Under the pieces are notes generated by a model that was not told the origin of the DNA, made no database searches, and worked only from the letters and a program-made list of their open reading frames with translations. The position numbers were made by a program, and so were the translations under genes. Shown one piece after another: positions 11,147 through 23,212 of a stretch of DNA of 64,000 nt. Source of the DNA: Vermamoeba vermiformis (taxonomy: Eukaryota); contig JBEWZL010000166.1 in assembly GCA_045837725.1 (NCBI GenBank), forward strand, positions 1 through 64,000, written 5' to 3'. The first letter of the stretch is position 1, and the number at the start of each line of letters is the position of its first letter.

Positions 11147-13359
11147 ATGACTGAAGCCACAGAAAAGCCCAAAATTAAATTGGCTGTAATTGGTGCTGGA
11201 GGATGTGGCAAGAGCTGCTTGGTCCTTCGGTTTGTTAGTGATGCATTCAGTGAATAGTAAGTTTATATAATGCATGCCCGATGTGCAAAATCGGGCTTGA
11301 TTGAATTACAGATGCATCTCTAAATTCTGAATATTTTTTGAAACTGTGCGGTACTAACCGATATTTTTATTTAATATAGCTACGATCCTACAGTTGGTAT
11401 GCACTAAGAACAACGGAATATCACCCATTTTAATGAATATAAATTGGAGTTACTGAGCAAATGTTAATTTAATTGTATTTCAGAGGATTCATACCGGAAG
11501 CACGGCAAACTGAACGTAAAAGGAGAATCAGTAGAAGTTACATTCGATATATTCGATACAGGTGCGTTATTCAGTCACCCGTCTCCGGATTAATTTAACA
11601 TCCGAATCTGACGCTGTCTGAAATATTGAATTACCTATTGATTCAGTTTCTAATTTACTTATACAGCCGGTCAGGAAGAAAATGCAGCAGTTAGGAATCA
11701 ATATATGAGGTAAGAATCAAGAAGATACTGCTTCAATAATTCATCCTGATCTTCAACGGATCCCACCCAAATATGGACTTGATTCATGACAGTGATCCGC
11801 GTTAAATAATACATCCTATTTCATATCATATAAGATATAATTGCAATTACACAACAATTAATACGGGCGAATTAGATCGTGCACAAATATTGCGAGCTGT
11901 CTTTTTTTTTATTTTTAAATGATATGCTGTTGTGGATGTGACTAACGATTTTATACCAACAGCTCGGCAGATGGTTATTTATGCGTATATGACATCACAC
12001 AGCAAAACAGTTTACGAGATGCAGCAAAACTGTACCGTGTTGCGCAAGAACTCAAGAAAGACGATAAAGTGCCGTTCGTTTTGGTTGGAAATAAGCTGTA
12101 AGTAATCAATTTAATTCACCGACAATTCGCCAACCGCAATTCAATTTAATTGATTGCAAGTACAATGATGACTTTTTTTGACATCTAACTTTCGTACACG
12201 ATTTTATTTAAATAATAACGCTAAGTAAATATTTTATGCCTATTGGCGACCTTGGCCCTAAAATCTAAAATTATTGGCAATCCGGCACCTATTTTTACTT
12301 GAATACACAGTCTTGTCAATTCACAAATCGAAACGTTCAATAGAAAATCGAACTATTGATCTGGCGTGGCTATATACATGTATAATACATATTTTAAGCG
12401 ATACCGCGGACAATGAGACCAACCAATTCTAGATTTATTTTCGGATCGGAGACAGTTTAAAATTTTTATCAACGAATCACCATTTTGACGCTATTTACGG
12501 CTACGTACCGGTCTAAATATAAACTAATTAATTAACGCACATTTTTGAACGATCGGAAGAGCCGCTTCAATATTACGCTCCCTATTAAATTTTATGCGGT
12601 GTCAACCGTCCAGAGCGACATCTAACGATTTTTTTGTCTAGGGATCTTGACCCGCAACGAGAAGTTGACGTTACTGATGGAAAGACGTTAGCGGAGCGAA
12701 TTGGCTGTCCATTTTATGAAACGAGCGCAAAGAATAATCAACAAGTGCAAGAAGCTTTCGAAACTCTCGCAGGATTAGTTCTGGATCGGCAAAAGAACCT
12801 TGCAAGCACTCCTAGCACCGCCTCGTTAAATAATGGTAAGTACATGATCTTATTACACCAAATTTACCGTTAGAATTCCAAATTCTCGTGCACCAGCGGA
12901 GCGGATTTCGTTCGTTGGGAAAAAAGAACCAAATTCGCTTTAAAAATAGCAGTAATAATTGCTACGTCATATTTTGTATTGTGTTTGCATTATTTGAGAA
13001 TCATTTTTACAATGCAAAAAGCTAATCAGTCGAAATAATTTCGGGTCGATGACTAGATTTGGTTGTTCGGAACGAAATAATCGTATTTACGTAACCTTCA
13101 TTGTTTCAAATAATACAATATGCAATTACAAGAGTTAATATACGTGGCCGATCAGATTAAGGCTCAAAAGTCAAAATTTTGCCTTGGCATCTACTGATCA
13201 GAAATTTTCTCAGGCAAAGGAAAAGGAAAAGATAAAAAGGATCCTAAAGATAATACACCGCGAGATAAGAGAGCTAGCACTAAGAATACACCAACTACAC
13301 CAAAACCAAAGTCAAATAAGGGCAACAAAAAAGACGGCGGATGCTGCGTAGTTTCTTAG
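11147..13359 (+). CDS. Ras family small GTPase, multi-exon
   Basis: GAGGCGKS, YDPTVEDSY, DTAGQEE, NKLD, ETSAK, lysine-rich tail ending GGCCVVS (CAAX). Confidence 0.95.
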
Positions 13360-13779
13360 TCGAAGCGTAATAGAATGTCGCTAGTAATGTGGTATAGATA
13401 ATTTTAGATGAATTTCGGTGTTGTTTCAATTCAGTTTAGTTTTGGCTTGTAATATAATAAACTAATCATATTTATTAATTTTCCTCTGCAGTCGGCAAGC
13501 CAAATAACATGAGAGCAATCATAATAATAATAGTATATTCACTTACCTTAATAGTGCATTAATAATTCGCACCTTTGTGGTGAACGGCGCACGCCGGATT
13601 TGGTCAACTGTCGAAAACTTGGTACGGCTCCAGGCTTGGTACACGAACTGTTTAGACGGTTTGTATAGACAGCTAAATATGTTATTATGCGTGACTAAGA
13701 ATTTATTCGTTTATCTATAGGTTTACATAGTACAAAGCTGGATTTGACCGTTACACAAGACCTTAGATCTTCAACGGGC

Positions 13780-14229
13780 TTATTTTGGCACCATCGATTT
13801 AACTTCGAAGTGTTGAATCTGTGTAATTTGTTGTACGTACGGAGACAACTTATAGCGACGTCCAGTAACGATTACTCTCTTGCCATCCAACTACAAATTT
13901 AAATTTCAGTACATCCGCTGAAAAATTTAAACTAAAATTCTAATAATTTTTTCGCAATAAATACGATCGCGATCGATTGAAGAAATGGTACAAATTTAAA
14001 TTTTTGGAATTCCTCGTCAAATCCAATTTTTACTTACATTGCGGTACTCTTCCATTGGCTCGTACGAGCAAATCATTCTTTCTCCATCATCAGTGGTGAT
14101 ATAACAAGGGAAGCATCGTTTTCCAATACTACGAGTTGAGATCTCGAAGTTGCCTTCGAAGGTGGTTTCAGGATCATAAGTGTTAGCGAACATATCAGCT
14201 CCTGACACGGCTTCTTGTGCTTCTTGCAT
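13780..14229 (-). CDS. Small hypothetical protein (about 100 aa, 2 exons)
   Basis: MQEAQEAV..EEYRN/gtaagt..ag/LDGKRVIVTGRRYKLSPYVQQITQIQHFEVKSMVPK*; canonical intron splices in frame. Confidence 0.6.
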
Positions 14230-14331
14230 TTTGGGCAGTTGGTTGTGGTGCAGATCAACGAAAAATAATGAATTTAAGCTGTTCGTTAGAACGAACAAAT
14301 CACCAGGAAGGACTCCATAACAGATTTCCAA

Positions 14332-16088
14332 ATGAAAACAAGGAAACGTAAGAGTAGAGGCGACGGCGAGGCAGAAGAGCAAGATAATATTAAGAATAAA
14401 CGTGCCAAAGTTGCGGATTCGGATGACCAACTGTCCGATCCAGAGCGTGAGGAAGCCAACAATGATAAACCTCCTACTGAACAATATACGGGCCAACGTA
14501 ACTCCAAGGGAGAATATCATGGACGAGGAACATTGCGGTAGAGTCGTTGATCTAATTAAAAAAATCAACAGAAAATTAACAAAAAATCCAAATTGATTTA
14601 GATACGTTGAAGATAACGTCACATACATTGGAAAGTTTGCCAATGGCGAAAAGTAAGTTAAACAAAATACGATAACAAAGATCCGGATCCTGATCGTCCA
14701 TTTTTTGCAAGGCACGGGCGAGGAGTAATGCACTTCGGTGAAGACGGAGATTTAATGCAAGGCACATGGGTTCATGACGAAATGGTTGGAAAAGGAGAGT
14801 ATATATTCGCAGATCAAAGTAAATTAGGTTTGTATTCCATACCTTGCTCGTAATCACCGCACAAATTTAATAATTCGCAATAATTTAGTTGGCACGTACG
14901 AGCATGGCGTACTTGAAGGCACAGTAGACGAGTACGACCCTGTTGGCAAGTTAACTTTCCACGGCGAGTACCAGAACGGAGTCCGACATGGTCCCGGCAC
15001 GATGTACTTTCCAGTAAGTATCACCAAATTATTATATGATACCATTAACGCTCGTTTCAGACATCAAATTAAATGACACGTGTCATTTTTGTTGCAATGC
15101 GAGGTGTAATGTTTTAACAATAATTTTGCTTCTAGGAAGGAACTCGAATTGAAGGCGAATGGGTTGAAGGTGTACTAGAAGGCACTAATGTGCGATATTA
15201 TTATCCTGATGAGAGCTACTTAGTCGGTGAATGGGAGGAAGGTGTCATGAAGAAGGCAGTCTTCAAGAGCTGTTTCGACAAAAAAGAACGGAAAGGTAGG
15301 GATTCAAGCCAACTTAAACACTCGGATTTTAATTAACACCGGGTCCTAGGAGTGTATTATAGTTACGATGAGTCCGACAAAAAACATCTATCAGCAGATC
15401 CGTTGTTGCCAGATCCGTTCGAACAACAGTATGTTTACGTAGCCACTTCCACACTACCAAACTCCGGTGAAGGTTTATTTGCTAAAAGAGACCTGCCTAA
15501 AGACGTACGTAAACTATCCAAAGAATATTATTAAAGCTAAGCTAATTGTGGTCAGTTTGTTTGCACGTTTTACAACGGGATCCGAGTTAGCCAAGAAAAG
15601 GTAAGCGACCTATAATAAGTGCTTTAAAATACATTTCAGAGCTAATAATAATATTTTCGTTCTTTTTAGGTCGATAGAAGACCTTGGAGTGAAAATAACA
15701 ACACGATTACAGTTGACGATTACGTGATAGATATTCCGCCACAATGGAGCAGCACGAAGAAATATTGCGCATCATTGGCTCATAAAGCAAATTGCAGTGA
15801 ACTTGCGCGAATTAATTCTAAATATGATTTGTTCTATAATCACCCCAGGTACGCTGTTACTCTTATGAAAAAAAAGAGGCAGCACTAATCTTATTTTTGC
15901 AGGTTCGGCAAAATTAAATGCATTAGAACATTGCGCGAGATTAAAAAAGACGAAGAAATATTTGTTGATTATGGTAAGACAGTGAGTATTCATTGGATCT
16001 GCGTTATTGACCGTTATTTCTCGTAGGATACAAGCCAGGTACTGGTCCTCAATGGTGGAGACAATTGCGTAATCAAGAAAAAAGTTAG
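14332..16088 (+). CDS. SETD7: SETD7 (SET7/9)-like lysine methyltransferase, MORN repeats plus SET domain
   Basis: N-terminal MORN repeats; DPLLPDPFEQQYVYVATS..GEGLFAK, FYNGIR, KYCASLAHKAN, HPRFGKIKCIRTLR..EEIFVDYGY, PQWW. Confidence 0.9.
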
Positions 16089-16222
16089 TGTAATTATGGA
16101 GAAATAATAATACGACGGTTCATTCATTCAAAAAATTGTTTTTTTTCATTTCTACAACAACATTTTCTGTAAGTAATCAATTCATGAATTATTATACCAT
16201 AGGCGGGCTTACAATTTAAGGT

Positions 16223-17939
16223 TTAGGGAAGTCCAGCCCAGCCAGTTTGAGCGTGCGTCAAGGTATCCCAAGCCATCATCAGATCCGTGTACTCAGGTCC
16301 TTTGTTGCGCAATCGAGTCACTACTGACGTTGTCTGCGGCAAAGAGTATCCGAGACGAGCAGAATAGTGATTATAAGCAATTTCCCAAGCTGGCAAGTCA
16401 CTCACACCGCGGATCTGGCCCAAGCAAAGGTAACTCTCAACGGTGGTGCTGTTCAAGTTCAAATAACGGCTGTTGAACTCGAGCGTCGCCAGAAAACGGT
16501 CTTTGCCTTCAGCGTAGAGATCGACGCCTTGTTGATACGCTGTCTCGGCAGTGTTGACCATGGCAGAGAGACCCATTTGCGTGTGACCCAAGTCACGGCA
16601 AGTCTCTTGGCACAGGCCGTTGAGTCTTGAATCGAAGACTGTCTGGTTCCAGTACGTGTAAAGGCTGTTGCCTGGTGGTACTGAAGGAGCGGATCCATCA
16701 CTGCTGGTGAGGTAAAAGTACCACGGCAGACGAGCACGCCAGATCTTGAGACCTTGTTCGAATGTCGTACGATTATCTGCGAAGATGCCAATATTCACCA
16801 GCGCGTCTGAGATTGACGCATCCCAGTTGCCATTGCTGTTCCAGCCGTTGTAGATGAGTGGTTGGATTAGATCTGGAAGACCAAGTAAGTTAACAATTAT
16901 TAGTCAGACTATCTTTTGACACGTGTTGAAGATATTTTTTTTGTGACACGTGTCAGAGTGTCAAAGTGTCGCGAAGAAACTTACTTGTTAACATATTTTG
17001 GAATCGTAAAGCATCAGCAGGAGCCCAGCCCGAATTAGTGTGTCGCAGAACTTCGGCTGATCTCGTGAACATTTCTCCGAGCCACGCTGCGTTGAGGAGG
17101 CCATTGCGCACTGAAATGTCCGATACCGAGAAAGGCACGCTTTGCAACGTGGACGACCATGCGTTCAAGATGTTGATCGCAGCCGTAGCGTAGGATTGAT
17201 TGCCAGTGTAGAGATAACGAAGAGTCAATGTCCAGGCCGCAAGAGCGTCAAGTCGTGAGCGAGAACAACCCACATCCGTTGCAGTAGGTTTTTCTTGGCC
17301 ACATTTGATTTCAACCACAGGACTGGCAGTGTAAGTCGCTTGTCCAATTTTCAGACCATTTCTCGATGTAACAGCAATTTTATCCATCTGTCGTTTCCAA
17401 GGCTGCAGACCGGCAGCAACTTTTGAGCGCACAAAGTCGATCTGGGCCTTGTTGATTAAAATGCCTGGATGAGCGAAGCCAGAAGCGACTTTAATCTCGT
17501 TAATGCTGCACCAAGTATTAACGGTGTTCCCTCTGAAGGTCAAGCGAACGTAACGAGCGGATGTGACTGGAACTTGGTAGATTTGAAGAGCGGTCGTTAA
17601 AGAGCTGTTGCCAGAGTAGATAAGAGTGAAGGTAGTGCCATCCAATGAAGTAGATAAGTCGAAGTAATTCACTCGGGTGTCTCCTTGGTACCAAGCAACG
17701 CTAACGCTGCAGATTTTGGTCAACTGTCCCAGATCGAGCATTATGAATACTCCTTCACCACTGGCCGACCAACGAGAAGTAATGTTTCCATCGATAGCTT
17801 GCGTAGGAGGGTTGCCTGTTTGAAAGGTGCTTGCGGTTACTGACTGAACAGCAACAGATCCAGAGCAAGCGAGTACGAGTGCTGGAACGAACCCAGCGAA
17901 GAAGAGAAATGCAAGAGCTGAGCGATGCATCATGTACAA
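16223..17939 (-). CDS. Secreted F5/8 type C (CBM32) plus alginate lyase-family protein, 2 exons
   Basis: Signal peptide; AIDGNITSRWS..ARYVRL discoidin domain; FAHPGI, NGNWDAS, GLCQETCRDLGH, WEIAYNHY, WDTLTH; intron about 16873-16984. Confidence 0.85.
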
Positions 17940-18645
17940 AGTGCTGCAGATGTGGTGTTAAGAAACATATGATTAACTGAATAATTGCTTTTATGCATGG
18001 CGCAGAATCTTATTCGACTTGCAAGAGAAATTTCACCGGATCAGCTGATCTTACTTTCCTAGCGCAACACGTTCCTTTCTTGATAATATAATGAATTGCC
18101 CTCTAATTAATTCGATTTGCGAATAGTACGCGTAGTCAAATTTGATTATGCCAGTAAATCCTTTCTTATGCGAATTGTTGTGTACTTTTTAAGCGGATTG
18201 TCAGTTACATCCTTAAAACGAAGAGATTTCGATTGAAAGATTGCTTTTGCGAAATAAGATAGCCAAGAACGAGAATGTAACTACTCAACTCTGCAAATCG
18301 TCACTCTTAAACTTTACTTGTTACTCTTTTTTTTTAAGCTACCCGACGACTCTCAAAAGGAATTACAATGACTCAGCTGTCACACTCGCTACCCAATATT
18401 TTTGTTTTCGCCGAGATACTATGGAAAATCAAGTGCTTATTACCTTACCCTCACGGGTACGTTGTCCGATTTTCCTTAATTTTCCTAACATTTTTCAGAT
18501 CGGTTTTTATATAAAAATTTTACAAATTACGAACACACCTAGCGTTCAAAATAGCTTAAGATGAATCTTGTATAAGGCCTTTATTAATGACGTCACAGAT
18601 AGTAGTGAGAGGAATTCCTAAGGGTTTCCTTAGCTCATACAAGAT

Positions 18646-21447
18646 TTAGATTTGCTTCGTGCCTTTGAAAGGTAAGAAATGCAGTTTGGACGCTGCCTTA
18701 CGATAGACGCCCTTCCAGTTAGCCTTGACGTATGATGCAGGTGCGCTTTCTCTCGCGGGCAACTCGGTGTTGGCAATCGGAGTGGCAGAAAGGTTTTCAA
18801 TGTCGTAATAATCAACGCCAGTAGTGTAACATCCAACACAAAGAGTCGATCCGTAAGCAGATGCAGCTCCGAACTCTCCATTGACTTCTTTCAACACTTT
18901 TCCGGAACCAATATCGAATATAGCGATAGAGTCTATCATCGTCGTGACGAGTTTGTCGCAAGGGCCGTATTCAGTGTTCATCATAGAATACAAACTTTCT
19001 TTGTGGGAATGTACGAATGAGCGAACCACTGCTTTGGGATTTTCACGGAGATCTACCAAGAAAGCATTCTCGTAGCCCATTACATAGAGCACATCCGGGC
19101 GATGACGATCGGTCTTCAAACCACAAACGTACATCTTGCTTCCTCCATGCGACACGTGTATCTCCGAAAGGCGTCGACCAGTAGCCATGTCGTGCAAGTT
19201 CAAGTCATCTCCACCAATAACAATTTGAGGGGCAGATCGAGTCATGACAGTCAGTGCTCGAGGGGTGAATCCAATGTTTTTGATTGTTGATTTCGGAGTT
19301 TTGAAGTTATCGAAGCTGAAAATAGACACAACGTCGTCGCTGCCTGCAAGCAAAGTCTTTGTTTGCGCGTGAGGATAGATGCAGCTGATGCCTCCACGGT
19401 ACGTTGAAGAATCTGTGCACAAGCGCTCTACGAAGTTATGCGAGTGATCGTAGACGATGACTCCGTCAGATCCGCAACCCAAAATACTGAACGGATAATT
19501 GTCGGGGTTATCGATGCCTTCAGCGACCCATAATTGCGTCGAATAGCCGTGTCTGTCGTTCTCTGCTACAGATGGAAGTCCTTCTCCCTCGAGGTACTTT
19601 GTAGTGAACGCGGTTGGCTTGCTTGGCACAGGAGCATTGACGTTGTCTGCAAACGAATTTGCAACAGTTTCACGCTTAGCACGGCGAACTCCTTTTTGAG
19701 CAGGGGCAACGCCACCGGCAGTAGTAGATGGAGCACTGACTTGTCTGACCATAGGCGTGCCGTTTAGGGGTGCTTGCCATGGTGCGTGCATGGCATAACG
19801 ATGTTCCACTGCGTAGATTCCTGCACGACAACGTAAGAAAAAAAACTGTTTCACCGACAAAATTTCGACTTGCGTACCAGAACTATTGGCGGCGATGAAG
19901 TTTCCACCAGAGCAAGGAATCTTCGAGTCCTTCTTCGTGTTAAAGTACGAACCACTTTCAAAGTGTTCCCAAGAGAACCAAGAAACGATCGGATCCGAAC
20001 CACCACGGTTAAATCTTCCAACCGCAATCTGTTCTCCATACGTGGCCAGACCAATGGCCGCAATATCAGTTTTTGCAACGCCGAGCGTAGTGTGTTGATA
20101 TCTTGCTTTACCAGCAACCAGATCAAACATGACGAGCGCATTGCCCTTTGAGTACACAAGTTTGTCGCAGTTGTCGTACGGCTGAATAACCATATGATGA
20201 ATTTCATCTTGCCACTTGATCCAACGAGCAGCACGGTTCATTCTGGTGTCTACCACGGCCAATCCAGTTTCAGAGGCAAAACCTAAATAACAGACGTTTG
20301 GACGAGCGGGATCCATCACCAAATTAGGCTGATTGGCGCCACGAGTGATGACTGGGTGCTTATAGTCGTGTTCGTAGCGTTTGATGGGAATGTTAGCGGT
20401 TTGAGATCCAGAGTTCAGATCGTACAGCATGACAGTGTGCAGTGACTTCGAAGTGTAGCCATGAATAACAGCTTGATTGCCATTTTCAGTTTTTATCACA
20501 CCAATAGCTCTCGGATTGTATTCGGTGGGTAGATCGAATTCCAAAACAATGTCATCCGGATCCGACAAACTTCCAACGGTCACCTTTAATGCCTCTCGGT
20601 GCAGATAAATTAAGCTTTCTGAGTCCAAGTCAGAGGCAATAGCACTAATTCGGTCCGCAGGGCAGTACTCCTTAGCCATGACGTGCTGCTTGTTGAAGAA
20701 ATGAACGCCACCGGATCCAACTGTCGCGAAGCTCCACGGGTACTTGTTTGGGTCTTCTAATGGGCCAGGTGTCCACAGATAATCGTAACAGAAATAACTC
20801 CCCGGGTCGTTGGACGCAGCGGACGGAATTTCTTGCAAAGCATCGGGCGGATCGAGAGTTTCGGGTTTCGACTTTGAAACTTTTGTTTGAAAAGCCTCCA
20901 CGGGCTCCGGTTCATAGTAATTAGGATGAGGTCCCTCGGAGAGTCGAAGGTTAGGATCATAAGTTAATCCATTCCAACCAGGGCTATCTATTCCGTAATC
21001 CGTTGCGTATGATGCACATTCGAGAAATTCTTCAGCGCTTAATTGTTTAAGTGGCGACAAGTGCTTGAAAACGTGCTTGACGAACATTTGATACGGCAAC
21101 CAATTCCAACGAGAATCTTGTTGGAATTCAGCGAGAGATGGACCTCTTGGGCCTACACCTTTATAGCGTCGTCCGAATTTCGTTTCTGGGTGCATGAAAC
21201 CGTCTTGGAGTGAGGGATCTGGTTCGCTGAACTCAGATGCGGATGAATCATTATTATCCACTTGTGGCGATGGCTGAGAAGAGCCGGATGTACGAGCGCA
21301 TTGTTCATTAGAGCATTTGCAACAATTTCCAGGCTGAGATCCGTTGGTGCGACAAATTGCGCAAGATGGCTGCTTGCACGCTTTACAAGATATTGGTGTA
21401 CCAAGAAATAAGGTGGCACAACAGGTGCATTTAGTTTTCGACGCCAT
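18646..21447 (-). CDS. Protein with Cys-rich N-terminus and two duplicated WD40-like beta-propeller regions
   Basis: 933-aa ORF with internal duplication (LWTPGPLEDPNKYPWSFATVGSGGV vs LWVAEGIDNPDNYPFSILGCGSDGV; YDNCDKLV vs YGPCDKLV); probable in-frame 57-nt intron at 19821-19877. Confidence 0.75.
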   Translation of the reverse strand: MASKTKCTCCATLFLGTPISCKACKQPSCAICRTNGSQPGNCCKCSNEQCARTSGSSQPSPQVDNNDSSASEFSEPDPSLQDGFMHPETKFGRRYKGVGPRGPSLAEFQQDSRWNWLPYQMFVKHVFKHLSPLKQLSAEEFLECASYATDYGIDSPGWNGLTYDPNLRLSEGPHPNYYEPEPVEAFQTKVSKSKPETLDPPDALQEIPSAASNDPGSYFCYDYLWTPGPLEDPNKYPWSFATVGSGGVHFFNKQHVMAKEYCPADRISAIASDLDSESLIYLHREALKVTVGSLSDPDDIVLEFDLPTEYNPRAIGVIKTENGNQAVIHGYTSKSLHTVMLYDLNSGSQTANIPIKRYEHDYKHPVITRGANQPNLVMDPARPNVCYLGFASETGLAVVDTRMNRAARWIKWQDEIHHMVIQPYDNCDKLVYSKGNALVMFDLVAGKARYQHTTLGVAKTDIAAIGLATYGEQIAVGRFNRGGSDPIVSWFSWEHFESGSYFNTKKDSKIPCSGGNFIAANSSGTQVEILSVKQFFFLRCRAGIYAVEHRYAMHAPWQAPLNGTPMVRQVSAPSTTAGGVAPAQKGVRRAKRETVANSFADNVNAPVPSKPTAFTTKYLEGEGLPSVAENDRHGYSTQLWVAEGIDNPDNYPFSILGCGSDGVIVYDHSHNFVERLCTDSSTYRGGISCIYPHAQTKTLLAGSDDVVSIFSFDNFKTPKSTIKNIGFTPRALTVMTRSAPQIVIGGDDLNLHDMATGRRLSEIHVSHGGSKMYVCGLKTDRHRPDVLYVMGYENAFLVDLRENPKAVVRSFVHSHKESLYSMMNTEYGPCDKLVTTMIDSIAIFDIGSGKVLKEVNGEFGAASAYGSTLCVGCYTTGVDYYDIENLSATPIANTELPARESAPASYVKANWKGVYRKAASKLHFLPFKGTKQI

Positions 21448-22431
21448 TGTGGTTGCGGTGCCTACGAGGTGAACTACTAAGATAAAAAAACGATTTTTAA
21501 GTTAACTTTTTCAGTCGGCAATTTATACTAAATTGGAATTCCGACAGTAAATAAAAATGGAATCTCTTTGTGGTGAATGTAGGTAAAGTGGATAGACTGG
21601 TCTCGTACCTTGTAATAGGACCATCAGAGTCGTTGTCAGGGCTTCTACAAAAATGTACTCGTTGAATAATAATAATACGCTATTACAATAAGAATAGCTA
21701 TATTAACGAGTGTAATCATGACGGAATGCTGAGATTAAATGACGCACATTCAATAACTTAAAAACTCTAATTATCGAATTGCTCAGTACTTGCTGTCAGA
21801 TGGAGTACAAGGCGCTAGCGGCTAAAGTAAGTAGGTCATAACAACATACAATTTACTTTACGTAGTACAATCCAATAAATAAATTCGTTTTTTCTATTTT
21901 TTTTTTCGGTAAACGGATACGGTACCTAGATCTTACGGAAAACATAAATTTTATTAATTAATCGAGTTAAACTCTGCTAAGTTATGATTGCATGCAACGT
22001 ACTCAGCACTAGACGTGAGGTTGTAACTGAAAACCAAATTTGGATCTTCATTACGGGCCGCATAAAACTAAATCAATGTAAATTATATGACTTCTTACGT
22101 CAAGAGCTTATTATTATAATGGCACTATTTTACTCAATGTACATGCTTATCATCTAAGATAGGTTTGGCAGGAAAATCCAGATGGGGTCGGTGGCTGCCG
22201 AAGATAAAGTGAGAAGTACCGAATACGGCAAGTTCCGCAAAGATTCCTTGAATCATGAGTTTGATGCCATTTCTAGCAGGGCCACGTGAAATTAACGAAA
22301 AAAGAGGTTTTTCGACCAATCAAATCGGTTCAACCAGGGCGGATTCGTTTTTTTTGAAGCTTTAAATGGACCGGTCGTCTGCGGAGTTCTTTCTTCAAAC
22401 CAAAACTCAAACGCAACAACACAATACAACA

Positions 22432-22596
22432 ATGGAAGTCACTTTAGTCACTATCGACGGAAATGTCTACGCTCATGGTGGCACCAACACCGATGGTGTT
22501 CTCGGCACTGGCGAAAGATGCGTCTTCTGGATAAACGCTGGTCCTGTTCCTCAACCCGAGGCCGTCGACTTGTCTTACCTCTCGTTGAACCAGTAA
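22432..22596 (+). CDS. Short ORF resembling a single RCC1 repeat (fragment or microprotein)
   Basis: VTIDGNVYAHGGTNTDGVLGTG resembles the RCC1 repeat consensus; A/C-rich leader before the ATG. Confidence 0.4.
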   Translation: MEVTLVTIDGNVYAHGGTNTDGVLGTGERCVFWINAGPVPQPEAVDLSYLSLNQ

Positions 22597-23212
22597 CGAG
22601 CTCGAGTTCAAGCAATGAGAACAGCTCTTTCCTCATTGGAATTGGAATTGTAGTGGAATTGTAGTCTATAAATAAACAGTACTTTTGTACCACTATCGGC
22701 ATCTTTTTCCGTATAGTTCCAAAATGTCGGCGCATGTAAAGCATACCGTCTTCCATGGCTTCGCTACTAATAGGTCAAAATTAGCTGAAAGTTCGAGTTT
22801 GCCGTTAAATTTACCATTAATTAACGCAGATTGAAATTCGCATACAAAAAGTCGGACAGCATTCCATCATCTTGTTAAACACCGATTTTAGGGCTTACTC
22901 GCAGGAAGACCAGCACGGTAGTTAGCCAATATTTACACAATTTATGTACATCTGGTACAAATACGTATCGTCATTTAAGTACCACGTATTAGTTCGTTGA
23001 AATTACAATATGAAGCTGAGTGCTGTGCGTGCACAGTGCCTCCCATATCGCCCCAGTCTCCAACAGACCATCGCCACTCGCTGCTTTAACGATCTATTTT
23101 ATCCGAAATTCAATATCCAATCAACGACTTCATGCTGGCGATTTTTTATTTTTTTAATTTCTGGTGTATGTAATCGTTGATTCTTCCACTTAAGGCACTT
23201 TTAAACTATTAT

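Noticed and set aside
14017-14733. 238-aa minus-strand ORF with apparent TM segments
   Set aside because: The N-terminal part is antisense to SETD7 exons; only 14229 onward looks like a real exon
22134-22319. Short minus-strand ORF
   Set aside because: No recognisable family and no supporting exon structure
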